From: Bacteroidota bacterium
GTDB taxonomy: Bacteria; Bacteroidota; Bacteroidia; JABDFU01
DNA: 64,000 nt
Assembly: GCA_013286805.1 (NCBI GenBank)
Contig: JABDEY010000002.1
Coordinates: 1,629-65,628, forward strand
Direction: 5' to 3'
The position numbers were made by a program, and so were the translations under genes. Shown piece by piece: positions 10,415-20,075 of the stretch. The notes beneath the pieces are model-generated. The model ran no database searches. It worked only from the letters and a program-made list of their open reading frames with translations, and had not been told where the DNA came from. Positions within the stretch are counted from its first letter, which is position 1. Each line of letters opens with the position of its first letter.

Positions 10415-10483
10415 CAGAAAGTAATTTTATTGTTTGGTTTTGGTTTGTCCTTTGGACGGTGCAAAAGTAGCATTTTTTTTAAA

Positions 10484-10972
10484 TTAGCTAATAATTGTGG
10501 CTGCTAATTGATCCCTGCAGTTTTTGGCCAGTTGTTCAATGTTTTTGCCAATAACGGGGTGAATGTGTTCCGGAGCCAGTTCCAACATTGGCTTTAGGGC
10601 AAAATTTCGTTCATGCAGACGGGGGTGGGGTATCGTCAACAGGTCAATTGCAAGGCTAATATTATCATAAAAAAGAATGTCAATATCAATCAGGCGGGGA
10701 GCAAATTGTTCATCCTCGAGGCGTTTACGTCCCATCAGGCGTTCAATGGATTGCAATTCATGCATAAGCAATTCGGGCTCAAGCAAGGTGTCAATTAACA
10801 CTGCCTGATTAAAAAAGGATTGCTGATTGGGGTTGCCCCAAGGGGCTGTATCATAAACAGAAGATTGTTTAACAACCTTTCCGGCATAATTTTCAATATG
10901 AATTAAAGCGTCTATCAGATTCTGGCGACGATTATCAATGTTTGATCCAATTAGTAAATATGCCTTTTTCAT
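10484..10972 (-). CDS. folK: 2-amino-4-hydroxy-6-hydroxymethyldihydropteridine pyrophosphokinase (HPPK).
   Basis: MKKAYLLIGSNIDNRRQNL...VYDTAPWG...RPLDIDIL-type motifs (here RLIDIDILFY) are diagnostic of HPPK. Confidence 0.9.
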   Translation of the reverse strand: MKKAYLLIGSNIDNRRQNLIDALIHIENYAGKVVKQSSVYDTAPWGNPNQQSFFNQAVLIDTLLEPELLMHELQSIERLMGRKRLEDEQFAPRLIDIDILFYDNISLAIDLLTIPHPRLHERNFALKPMLELAPEHIHPVIGKNIEQLAKNCRDQLAATIIS

Positions 10973-11053
10973 AGGGCGTTAAATAACAAAAAAAAGTCTT
11001 TAAGGGCAAACTTTTTTATGAGTAGTTTTACCCAATATTAAAAACAATTACCC

Positions 11054-12823
11054 ATGAAACAATTTTTTAAATACGTTTTGGCAACCATGACGGGTTTGCT
11101 TTTTGCCTTCATTCTGTCGGTGATCCTTCTCATTGTAATTTGCATGGGTATAGTTGGGGCTTCCTCCAAAGAAAAAACCTTTAAGGTAAAGGCTAATTCT
11201 TTGCTTCACCTGAAATTTACTTCTCCAATACCTGAGCGTACTCCAACTAATCCGTTTAAGGATTTTAATTTTTCTTCTTTTTCCGGCAATAAGGAGGTTG
11301 GATTAAATGATATTCTGGAAAATATAAAGAAAGCAGAAACGGATGCAGACATTAAAGGTATTTATATGGACATGAGCAGTGTTCCGGCAGGTGTTGCAAC
11401 CATAGAGGAAATCAGGAATGCCCTGATTGCATTTAAGAGTTCAGGGAAATTTATCCTTTCTTATAGTGAGGGGTATACGCAGGGGGCTTATTATTTATCA
11501 AGTGTGGCCGACAAAATCTATCTGAACCCTCAGGGCAATATGGATTGGAAGGGATTAAGCGCTCAGATTATGTTCTTTAAAGGGGCTTTAGAGAAGCTGG
11601 AAATTACTGCTCAGATTTTCCGTCACGGGAAATTTAAAAGTGCTATTGAGCCTTTTGATCTGGATAAGATGAGTAAGGCAAACCGCCTGCAAACAATGAG
11701 TTATGTGGGGGCTATCTGGAATCATATTTTAGAGGGCATTTCCAAATCAAGGGGTATAACAGTGGAGGAATTGAACAGGATGGCTGATGAATTGGCTCTG
11801 AGAACTCCGGAAGATGCGGTGCAATTTAAACTTGTGGATGGACTGAAATACAAAGATGAAATCATTGCTGAACTGAAGAGTAAGCTCGGTTTGGCTGAAA
11901 AGGATAAACTTAATACAGTGGAGATGGATGAATACGTGCGTACTCCGAACAAAGAAAAGAAGAAGGGCAAAGATAAAATCGCCATCATTTATGCGGTGGG
12001 AACAATTCAAGGCGGAGAAGGAGATGAGGAGACCATTGGTTCTGAACGTATTTCCAAAGCGTTAAGGGAGGCTCGTCTGGACAGCACAGTTAAAGCAATT
12101 GTATTCAGAGTGAATTCTCCCGGGGGCAGTGCCCTTGCATCTGATGTGATCTGGCGTGAAGCCATGCTGGCTGAGAAGGTGAAACCTTTCATTGTTTCTA
12201 TGGGTGATGTTGCTGCCTCCGGAGGGTATTATATTTCCTGTGCGGCAGATGTTATCGTGGCGCAGCCCAATACGATTACAGGATCCATTGGTGTGTTCGG
12301 GTTACTGCCTAATGCCCAGAAATTTTTTAACAATAAACTGGGAATTACAATTGATACTGCCAATACAAATAAGCATTCCGATATGGGAAATATATTCCGC
12401 CCTGTAAGTCCGGTGGAGGGCAAATTTGTTCAGCAAAGTGTCGAACATATTTATGATATTTTTATCGGTAAGGTTGCGGATGGCCGTAAAAAGTCAAAGG
12501 CAGACATCGACAGTATTGGCCAGGGGAGAGTATGGAGCGGGGTAGATGCTAAAAAGATTGGCCTGGTGGATGAACTGGGTGGAATAAAAGAAGCTGTAAA
12601 AATTGCTGCTGCCAGGGCTAAACTGGATAAATATAAAATTGTTGAACTGCCTAAGCAAAAGGATTTTCTGGAATCTTTGATGAAAGAGATATCTGAGGAT
12701 GCTGAAACCAAGGTGTTGAAAAGGGAATTAGGAATCAACTTTGAATACTATAAGCATTTCAAAGAGATGACAAGCATGGAGGGGGTTCAGGCGAGGATGG
12801 GGTATGATGTGGTCCTTTATTGA
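11054..12823 (+). CDS. sppA: Signal peptide peptidase SppA (protease IV, 67K type).
   Basis: Tandem ClpP/crotonase-like S49 domains. The second domain carries the catalytic-Ser context VVSMGDVAASGGYYISCAAD. An N-terminal TM segment is present. Confidence 0.9.
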   Translation: MKQFFKYVLATMTGLLFAFILSVILLIVICMGIVGASSKEKTFKVKANSLLHLKFTSPIPERTPTNPFKDFNFSSFSGNKEVGLNDILENIKKAETDADIKGIYMDMSSVPAGVATIEEIRNALIAFKSSGKFILSYSEGYTQGAYYLSSVADKIYLNPQGNMDWKGLSAQIMFFKGALEKLEITAQIFRHGKFKSAIEPFDLDKMSKANRLQTMSYVGAIWNHILEGISKSRGITVEELNRMADELALRTPEDAVQFKLVDGLKYKDEIIAELKSKLGLAEKDKLNTVEMDEYVRTPNKEKKKGKDKIAIIYAVGTIQGGEGDEETIGSERISKALREARLDSTVKAIVFRVNSPGGSALASDVIWREAMLAEKVKPFIVSMGDVAASGGYYISCAADVIVAQPNTITGSIGVFGLLPNAQKFFNNKLGITIDTANTNKHSDMGNIFRPVSPVEGKFVQQSVEHIYDIFIGKVADGRKKSKADIDSIGQGRVWSGVDAKKIGLVDELGGIKEAVKIAAARAKLDKYKIVELPKQKDFLESLMKEISEDAETKVLKRELGINFEYYKHFKEMTSMEGVQARMGYDVVLY

Positions 12824-13506
12824 GCATGAAAATTGGGCTGTTTTTTGGTTCGTTTAACCCTGTGCATATAGGCCATATGGCGATTGCCAATTACCTGGTT
12901 GAATTTACTGATTTAAAGCAAGTTTGGTTTGTGGTGTCTCCGCATAATCCTTTGAAGGAAAAAAAATCCCTGCTTGCTGATTATCACCGCCTGCGATTGG
13001 TGCAAGAAGCGATTGGAGATGACGGGCGATTTAAGGCCAGTGATATAGAGTTTAATATGCCGCAACCTTCTTATACAATCAATACGCTGACTTATCTAAA
13101 GGAAAAATACCCGGGCAAAGAGTTTGGGCTGATTATTGGCTCCGATAATCTTTTGACTTTTCACAAGTGGAAGAATCACGAGGAGATTCTAAAACAGGTG
13201 GACTTGTATGTTTATCCCCGGATAATTGCTGCTGAGGGTGGCAATAAGGAACAGGATCGAGGCGGCACTCTAAAATCCGGCGGGAATGAAGCCGGGAAAT
13301 CTGAAGTTCCAAAGAAACTTATTCCTGCAATTCTGCCGGGGACCGCAAAGATTAATTTTGCAGATGCTCCTGTCATGGAGATATCCTCCACGTTTATCCG
13401 TGATGCTATTTTTGCCAAAAAGGATGTGAGGCATTTTCTGCCAGAAGCGGTGTTCTGTTATATTAAGGAGATGCATTTTTATGAAAAGCCAGTGAAAAGG
13501 GGCTAA
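12820..13506 (+). CDS. nadD: Nicotinate-nucleotide adenylyltransferase, with a ~40-aa Gly/Glu/Lys-rich insertion.
   Basis: GLFFGSFNPVHIGHMAIA (HxGH motif) and the SSTFIRD motif are present. The start overlaps the sppA stop (ATGA). The insertion AAEGGNKEQDRGGTLKSGGNEAGKSEVPKK is not typical of NadD. Confidence 0.85.
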   Translation: MSMKIGLFFGSFNPVHIGHMAIANYLVEFTDLKQVWFVVSPHNPLKEKKSLLADYHRLRLVQEAIGDDGRFKASDIEFNMPQPSYTINTLTYLKEKYPGKEFGLIIGSDNLLTFHKWKNHEEILKQVDLYVYPRIIAAEGGNKEQDRGGTLKSGGNEAGKSEVPKKLIPAILPGTAKINFADAPVMEISSTFIRDAIFAKKDVRHFLPEAVFCYIKEMHFYEKPVKRG

Positions 13507-13607
13507 CCCATCATTTGTATTAAAAAAACAGCAAATTCACCCAACCTTACTGTTTCCAGTTTCGTGTATATTTAGTGTAGGAAGGATTCAGTTTACCTTG
13601 CTCTTAG

Positions 13608-14168
13608 ATGATTATAGAGTCGGATCTCATAACAGCCTGCATTAAGCGTGAGCGCAAGGCAGAATTTGAAATGTATCGTTTGACATATGGGTACCTTATG
13701 GGAATTTGTTACCGATATGTCAACTCCCGTGAGGAAGCACAGGAACTGCTTAATATTGGATTTTTGAAAATCCTTGGTAATCTTGAAAAATACCGTCTTG
13801 AAGTTCCATTCAAATCCTGGATCAGGAAGGTAATGATTAATTGCATTATTGATGAATACCGAAAGGAAAAGAGAAACAGTGAGCATATTGAGTATGTGGA
13901 AGAGTATTATGAGTCGGGAAGTTTTTCGGACGTAAATAATGCTTTGCAAAAAATGAATGTGGAGCAAATTCATGCGCTTATAGTTAAACTTCCACCAGTA
14001 AGTCAAAAGGTTTTTAATCTTTTTGCCATTGACGGGTATTCTCATAAAGAAATTGCAGGTATGCTGAATATTGCTGAAGGGACTTCTAAGTGGCATTTGA
14101 ATTTTGCCAGAAATAAACTGAAAGAAATGATCAGTCATATCGTTTCTCCAATACGTGTTGTGGCATGA
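13608..14168 (+). CDS. RNA polymerase ECF-type sigma-70 factor.
   Basis: Sigma70 region-2 (YRLTYGYLMGICYRYV...EEAQELLNIGFLKI) and region-4 HTH (LPPVSQKVFNLFAIDGYSHKEIAGMLNIAEGTSKWHLNFARNKLKE) are present. Confidence 0.85.
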   Translation: MIIESDLITACIKRERKAEFEMYRLTYGYLMGICYRYVNSREEAQELLNIGFLKILGNLEKYRLEVPFKSWIRKVMINCIIDEYRKEKRNSEHIEYVEEYYESGSFSDVNNALQKMNVEQIHALIVKLPPVSQKVFNLFAIDGYSHKEIAGMLNIAEGTSKWHLNFARNKLKEMISHIVSPIRVVA

Positions 14169-15628
14169 GTGAGGAAGAAAGGTTTGATGAAATAATCCGC
14201 TCCCGGTTTTCCGGGGAAGAGTTTTCGTTTAGTGAAGAGAACTGGGAGAAAGCAGAACGGAATCTGGATTCAGTAAGAAGGCGAAAAAAAATCGCCTCAT
14301 TTAGTCTTGTATTCATAGGTGGACTTATTGTGGGGATTATACTGATGATACCCTTTATAAAACCTGTAAAACCAATTGATGGTGGAAGTATTACTCAGAT
14401 TACCGGGTCTGGTAAAGAAGTTGTTCCTGTTCCGAATAATGAATCTGTCGCCTCGGTTGAGAATGATGAAACGAAGGTTGTAGATCCTGCTTCTGTCAGA
14501 AATAGGGAGGATGTGGGTGTGTCTGCAGGTATTCGAAATGACAGTAAGCAGGAAGATAAGCAGGAAAAACTGACACAAAAGGAGCATGCTTCTGTTTCAA
14601 ACCAATTGAAAAAAGGCACAACTCCAGCTTTAACTTTGGTCAAGGGAAAAGACGAAAAGAACGGCTTATCTGATTCCTCTGAATTAAGCCATCACGACCC
14701 CTCTGTTTTAATTTCAATGGATCTTAGAGAGAAAATTTCAAATGAAATTGTGAATGAAACTGTGAATGAAACTGCCAATGAAACTGTGAATGAAACTGCC
14801 AATGAAACTGTTAAAGAAAGGAAAATAATCAATCTTCAACGCACCATAGATTCCTTGTCTGAATTAATTGCTTCCCGGAATGCTTTAGACAGTCTCAGAT
14901 CCAGGAAGGATTCTTCAGAATCCAAATTGTCTGTCAGCGCTGCAGTTTCCAAAAACCCTGCAGGTGTTTCGGCTAAAGATACTTTATCTGCTTCCAAATC
15001 AGTGTTAAGGGCCAATCATTTGTTCCTTGAGGCTGGGACTTTCTATAATTCCGGGTGGCATTATGGAGCTATACGTGAAGCTCAGGGCTTTAATCCTGTT
15101 ATTGGTATAGGTTTAACACATTTGTTCGATCAAAAGTGGTCCCTTTCTGCAAGTGTGCATTACAAGAGCATTGGGTATTTGACGGTTAGTTCGAAAACCT
15201 ATTTCTCTTCAACCCCTGATTTTGGGTCGGATATCGTGGAGTTGATTATTGATACTAAAATACTACACTATGCAGTTGTTCCGGTTTTTGTAAACTATCA
15301 TTTTAATGCTGATAACTGGATTGGGATTGGTGGGTCTTTATCCTACCTTCTAACCGCTACTGGCGAGATTTCCACTAACACAAGTGTTGATTTCAAAAAT
15401 CCGGTTCAAACTGAGAAAACTGCAATTGGCTATACTCAGGGATTTAATCTCTGGGATGCCTCCCTTGCTATTTCATACAAAAGGAGGATTGTTAAAAGAT
15501 TACTCATTTCTGCTGAGGCGCATTATGGTTTAATGGATATCAAGGACAATGTTTTCTTTTCGCAACAGAACTTTGAAAGAAGTTCCGGAATCGAATTGTT
15601 GATTTCGTATGATTTATTTAAACCCTGA
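14165..15628 (+). CDS. Anti-sigma-like membrane protein: cytoplasmic N-terminus, one TM helix, a Ser/Glu-rich linker with a NETV tandem repeat, and a C-terminal outer-membrane beta-barrel (OMP_b-brl_2-like) domain.
   Basis: The start overlaps the sigma-factor stop by 4 nt (ATGA). TM helix IASFSLVFIGGLIVGIILMIPF. The C-terminal ~200 aa has alternating hydrophobic beta-strand patterns ending ...GIELLISYDLF, a terminal aromatic typical of OM barrels. Confidence 0.6.
   Translation: MSEEERFDEIIRSRFSGEEFSFSEENWEKAERNLDSVRRRKKIASFSLVFIGGLIVGIILMIPFIKPVKPIDGGSITQITGSGKEVVPVPNNESVASVENDETKVVDPASVRNREDVGVSAGIRNDSKQEDKQEKLTQKEHASVSNQLKKGTTPALTLVKGKDEKNGLSDSSELSHHDPSVLISMDLREKISNEIVNETVNETANETVNETANETVKERKIINLQRTIDSLSELIASRNALDSLRSRKDSSESKLSVSAAVSKNPAGVSAKDTLSASKSVLRANHLFLEAGTFYNSGWHYGAIREAQGFNPVIGIGLTHLFDQKWSLSASVHYKSIGYLTVSSKTYFSSTPDFGSDIVELIIDTKILHYAVVPVFVNYHFNADNWIGIGGSLSYLLTATGEISTNTSVDFKNPVQTEKTAIGYTQGFNLWDASLAISYKRRIVKRLLISAEAHYGLMDIKDNVFFSQQNFERSSGIELLISYDLFKP
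14741..14812 (+). repeat. Six 12-nt tandem repeats (AATGAAACTGTG/CC) inside the CDS, encoding (NE[TI][VA])6.
   Basis: Direct reading: aatgaaattgtg aatgaaactgtg aatgaaactgcc aatgaaactgtg aatgaaactgcc aatgaaactgtt. Confidence 0.9.
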
Positions 15629-15677
15629 TGCTGATGATTTATTTAAACCCTGATTTCGTTGAAATAGTTTTATACCT

Positions 15678-16802
15678 ATGAAAATTATCCGGATAATTAT
15701 TCTTTTTGTGACTGGAGGTATGGTAGTTGTTTCCTGTAAAAGACAATCCCCTCCATCTCCTGCTCCGTTTGTTCCTGAATTTACATTCAGCGGAGTCGTT
15801 AATGGAAGTCAGTCGAATCTGCAGGCCGGTGTTAATAATTATTATATGTTCACAAACTGTTCTTTAAATCCAAACGGAGTATATGCTTTTCAGGGAGAGT
15901 TCAGGGATAAGACCTGTTCAGCCGGCAATTGCCCGAATACTTTAAAAATTACGATTCAGGATTATCGTGCATATTCTCCTCTTCCCACGACAACTGACAG
16001 TTCGCTTGTTACAGGTTATTATTCTATTGCTACTGTCAGCGGGGCGTCTTCCAGATATACTGTTCAGTTTTTTGACAGTTTATACAATGGGACTGCACAG
16101 TCTTATCTTTGGAATTTCGGTGATGGTTCTTCCTCTTCTCTTGACAGACCAACACATTTATATGCTCATCCTGGTATCTATAGTGTGAGTCTTTTTGTTC
16201 AATCAACCGGTTCCGGATCTTCTTCACTTTCCAATTATACTGCAATTGGGCAATCAGGTAATCCTATTCTGGTTGCATTTGGAGGAACTGCCTCCGGAAA
16301 TGTTGTGAATTTTGCGAGCAGTGTTGGGGGAGGAGTTCCGCCCTATACCTATAACTGGAATTTTGGAGATGGTGCTTCTGCAATTACTACCGGAGGTACA
16401 TCTATCCATACCTATTCCGGACCGGGAGTTTACCCTGGACAACTTTCTATTACGGACGCCAGCAATACCAAAGTGGTGAGTTATGCCAATATTGCAACTA
16501 ACCCTGCATCGGGTTGTTACCTGAATTTTTATCCCAAAGTCACAACGCCGGTACCTAACAGTTCTAATCTTGCCAATGTCACGCTGGAATGGTGCGATGG
16601 AAGTGGTGTCTGGTGGACATCAACAAATAACAACCAACCAGTTACAAGTATGTTCCAGGTGCTTTCTGTTGATAATTATCAGAATAATGTCAGTGGGCAG
16701 CCTACAAAAAAACTTCATGCAAGGATATCCTGTACACTGTATAATGGAACTAACAGTATACTTTTATCCGGTGATGCCGTTTTTTCTGTAGCCCATTTAT
16801 AA
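15678..16802 (+). CDS. Lipoprotein with two PKD domains.
   Basis: Lipobox (VVVSC). PKD signatures 'WNFGDGSSSSLDRPTHLYAHPGIYSVSL' and 'WNFGDGASAITTGGTSIHTYSGPGVYPGQLSITD'. Confidence 0.65.
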   Translation: MKIIRIIILFVTGGMVVVSCKRQSPPSPAPFVPEFTFSGVVNGSQSNLQAGVNNYYMFTNCSLNPNGVYAFQGEFRDKTCSAGNCPNTLKITIQDYRAYSPLPTTTDSSLVTGYYSIATVSGASSRYTVQFFDSLYNGTAQSYLWNFGDGSSSSLDRPTHLYAHPGIYSVSLFVQSTGSGSSSLSNYTAIGQSGNPILVAFGGTASGNVVNFASSVGGGVPPYTYNWNFGDGASAITTGGTSIHTYSGPGVYPGQLSITDASNTKVVSYANIATNPASGCYLNFYPKVTTPVPNSSNLANVTLEWCDGSGVWWTSTNNNQPVTSMFQVLSVDNYQNNVSGQPTKKLHARISCTLYNGTNSILLSGDAVFSVAHL

Positions 16803-16886
16803 ATTTATCTTCCGAACCCAACCTTTACCTGTTTTCCTTCGTGTTTACTATCAGATGGGTTTCATTTACGGACCTGGCTAAAAGTA

Positions 16887-18503
16887 ATGGTAAAACGTCT
16901 ACCTGATTTGAAAGTAAGAAAGTTCAGGGCCAGCTGGCAGGACTCCCTTCCGGCAATTATTGCCTTTTTATTAATTGCTGCCCTTGGCCTGCTTTCTGCG
17001 CTGAAAGGTTTTTCCCAACAAACTACTTTCCAAAAAATCATTGGAACCTATGCCTACGATGCACATAAGGTAGTAAAGGGTAACGGGTATGTTTTCGGGG
17101 GCATATCCAGTAAACTTTGGCCACCTAATCAGAGGAACAGCTATGTGGTGAGAACAGATGTGAACTGCGATACATTATGGACCTCCTGCTGGGGTGGAAC
17201 TATTGGCAGTTGTGATCAGCAGTATATAAATGATTTGTCCCCCCTTAGTGATGGAGGAGTGCTTGCAAACGGTGGGAAGGGTGTGTGTGGGGATACAACA
17301 AAAGGAGGTACAATTGCCCGGCTTGATGCAAACGGAAATGTGAAATGGGCCAAATCCTTTTCGCGGAATTGTGATCCATATCCCTGTTTACAAAGCTCGG
17401 ATGGGAATTTTATTTCAGGAGGGTATATATCAGCTGCAGGGACAGGTTTTAATGGCCCCAAAGATGCCTACATGTCAAAAATTGATTCAGCAACCGGAGA
17501 TACAATATGGTCCAGATCATACGGGGGAGCAGGTAATACGAATTGGTTTTACCATATTCTTCAAACTTCCGATGGAGGATACCTGGCTGCCGGAGAAACG
17601 AACAGTTTTGGACAGGGAGGATTGGATATCTACCTGGTTAAAACAGATGCCAACGGAAATCTAATGTGGTCAAAGACCTATGGAACTGCTGCCTTCAGCG
17701 AATCAGCTTTTGGACATTGCCTTCAGGCAACTTCTGATGGAGGATATATTCTGGCTGGGTCATCCGGCGCGACACAGGGAATATTTCTAATGAAAGTGGA
17801 TGCAGGCGGAAACATGAGTTGGGCAAAATATTATGACGGGTCGTATGCACATGCGGTAAGACAAACGCCTGATGGAGGTTATATATTGACTGGTGAAGGG
17901 AAAGGGTACGCGGTTCTTATAAAAACAGATGGAAGCGGAAACGTGCACTGGAGTAAATCTTATGGTGCCGGACAAGAGCAGGGGCTCATTCTGGAACTGG
18001 CAAGTGATGGGGGATATATTGCCGGTGGTACAACTAAAAGCTGGGGTCAGGGGTTATACATCGTAAAAACCGATTCTGTTGGTCATTCCGGTTGCAATGA
18101 AACAAGCCCTGTAATTACCAGTAGTGTTGCTCCTTTTATTGCGGCTACTGCTGCAACACAGGTAACAAAGGGGCCTAATACTGTCAGCTATCCTTTTCTC
18201 TTTGGAAGAGGAGCTACTATAACTAATTTATGTTCGACGGTTGGAGTGCCAGAATTTCCGGCTAACACAAATGCGGGACCAGTTATTGTTTATCCAAATC
18301 CAGGTGCGGGTATGTTTAACCTTAAGGGGGGGCTGAGTTTTCAGTATACTGTTTACACTATTTTAGGCGAACTGGTCTGGTCTTCGAAAGTAGCTACTGA
18401 TCTTTACCAATTGGATTTAAGAGGGTATGCAAATGGGATTTATTTGCTTCGCGGAACGGATGGGCATAACGTGGTGGAACAGAAATTAATAATTGAGAAA
18501 TAG
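16887..18503 (+). CDS. T9SS cargo with a delta-60/DUF5122-like beta-propeller (DGGY repeats) and a T9SS CTD.
   Basis: At least 6 repeats of '(T/S)SDGGY(I/L)xxG...G..D..L(V/M)K.D..GN..W(S/A)K.YG'. C-terminal VYPNPGAGMFNLKG...GIYLLRGTDGHNVVEQKLIIEK. Confidence 0.7.
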   Translation: MVKRLPDLKVRKFRASWQDSLPAIIAFLLIAALGLLSALKGFSQQTTFQKIIGTYAYDAHKVVKGNGYVFGGISSKLWPPNQRNSYVVRTDVNCDTLWTSCWGGTIGSCDQQYINDLSPLSDGGVLANGGKGVCGDTTKGGTIARLDANGNVKWAKSFSRNCDPYPCLQSSDGNFISGGYISAAGTGFNGPKDAYMSKIDSATGDTIWSRSYGGAGNTNWFYHILQTSDGGYLAAGETNSFGQGGLDIYLVKTDANGNLMWSKTYGTAAFSESAFGHCLQATSDGGYILAGSSGATQGIFLMKVDAGGNMSWAKYYDGSYAHAVRQTPDGGYILTGEGKGYAVLIKTDGSGNVHWSKSYGAGQEQGLILELASDGGYIAGGTTKSWGQGLYIVKTDSVGHSGCNETSPVITSSVAPFIAATAATQVTKGPNTVSYPFLFGRGATITNLCSTVGVPEFPANTNAGPVIVYPNPGAGMFNLKGGLSFQYTVYTILGELVWSSKVATDLYQLDLRGYANGIYLLRGTDGHNVVEQKLIIEK

Positions 18504-18541
18504 TATTTTTTACTTTTTTTTGGCACTCTGAAGATGACACT

Positions 18542-20014
18542 ATGAAAAAAGGGTACTTCGAATTGAATAAGCTCCAGAAGTGTTGGAAAAATGCTCTTTT
18601 TCTGTTGTGTTTTGTAACTTATTTTAATTTATGTTTTTCACAATGCATTACGGAAGTCTGGGGTGGAGCAAGGCATTGCATTGCACTTAGATCAGATAGT
18701 ACTGTCTGGACCTGGGGGGCCCCGGGAGCACTCGGTGATGGAACAAATCTTGAAAGGGATGTTCCGGTTGAAGTACATGGACCAAACAATATTGGATTCC
18801 TTGACTCAGTGATTCATGTGATGAGTGGGGAATTATTCTGCTTTGCACTTAAAGCGAATGGCACTGTCTGGTCCTGGGGAGCAAATATAGCTTCCGGGTT
18901 TACCGGCACCTTGGGTGATGGAACCACAGTTAGTTCAAGAAACAATGCTGTTCGTGTAGCAGGACTGGATTCTGTCATTGCATTGGGCGGGAGAGGTTAT
19001 CATAGTCTTGCAATCAGGGGGGATAGCAGTGTATGGGGCTGGGGTTCAAATCTTGGCGGGGCCTTTCCGCCCGGTGGTGGTCAGCTGGGCATGGATACTT
19101 CCGTCAGCCATGGAAGTAATGTAGCCATTAAAATCAAAGGTTTGGGCGCTGCGAGACAGGTTACCGGAGGAGGCTTCTTCAGTCTGGTACTGTTGTCGAA
19201 TCATACTATTATGGCCTTCGGGAATAATTATTTTGGTGAATTGGGTGTTGGTGATACTGCCAGCAGACATTCACCTTCCCTTGTTGCAGGTCTGACAAAT
19301 GTAGCGATGGTATCGGGCGGCTGGCAGCATTCTGTTGCATTGAAATCAGACGGTACCGTTTGGACATGGGGTAAAAATCTGGAGGGACAATTGGGAACAG
19401 GAGATACGATTAACAGAAATACGCCTACGCAGGTAGCCGGATTGAATGGCATTATTTCTGTTTCCGGAGGTGACTATAGTACTTTGGCCCTTAAGTCTGA
19501 TGGAACGGTATGGGCATGGGGAGGCAATGAACGTGGAGAATGCGGAGACGGAACCAAAATTACCCGGAAAAGACCTGTTCGGGTAGCAGCGTTAACTAAT
19601 ATCATTTATATTGCGGCGAGGGATTATCACAATGTCGCCATTAAGTCAGATGGCACTTTATGGTCCTGGGGATGGGATTTGAACGGACAGTGTGGTAATG
19701 GCAGTACCAAGGATACGGTTTGGACACCCATGCAGATTTCTGGTCTGGGATGTATGACAACAGGGCTGGCTACTCCAAGGTCGTCACTGGATATTGTAGT
19801 TTATCCGAATCCTTCACCGGCTGTCATTACAATTGAAAATCTGAAGCAGGGTACAGTCCTAATTTCAAATCTTCAGGGGCAACAACTGAAAGTTCCGGTA
19901 GTTGGTAGTGCTAAAAATAGTTTTGATTTTTCCGGTTTTCCGGGCGGAATATATTTTATAAAAATGAAAACAGAGAATGAGCTGGTCACAAAAAAAGTAA
20001 TCATTCAAAAATAG
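18542..20014 (+). CDS. T9SS cargo with RCC1-repeat beta-propeller and a T9SS CTD.
   Basis: Seven RCC1-like repeats (HS(V/L)A(L/I)(K/R)SDGTVW(T/S)WG.N..GQLG.GD). CTD: VYPNPSPAVITIENL...GIYFIKMKTENELVTKKVIIQK. Confidence 0.75.
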   Translation: MKKGYFELNKLQKCWKNALFLLCFVTYFNLCFSQCITEVWGGARHCIALRSDSTVWTWGAPGALGDGTNLERDVPVEVHGPNNIGFLDSVIHVMSGELFCFALKANGTVWSWGANIASGFTGTLGDGTTVSSRNNAVRVAGLDSVIALGGRGYHSLAIRGDSSVWGWGSNLGGAFPPGGGQLGMDTSVSHGSNVAIKIKGLGAARQVTGGGFFSLVLLSNHTIMAFGNNYFGELGVGDTASRHSPSLVAGLTNVAMVSGGWQHSVALKSDGTVWTWGKNLEGQLGTGDTINRNTPTQVAGLNGIISVSGGDYSTLALKSDGTVWAWGGNERGECGDGTKITRKRPVRVAALTNIIYIAARDYHNVAIKSDGTLWSWGWDLNGQCGNGSTKDTVWTPMQISGLGCMTTGLATPRSSLDIVVYPNPSPAVITIENLKQGTVLISNLQGQQLKVPVVGSAKNSFDFSGFPGGIYFIKMKTENELVTKKVIIQK

Positions 20015-20075
20015 TTTTGAATGAAACCATTATGCACTATACTTCCAGGCCGATAAAAGCATAAACTATAGAAAT

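Noticed and set aside
13507-13607. Possible ncRNA or riboswitch in the 100-bp leader of the ECF sigma gene.
   Set aside because: No recognisable conserved riboswitch core, and no structure beyond ordinary promoter AT-richness.
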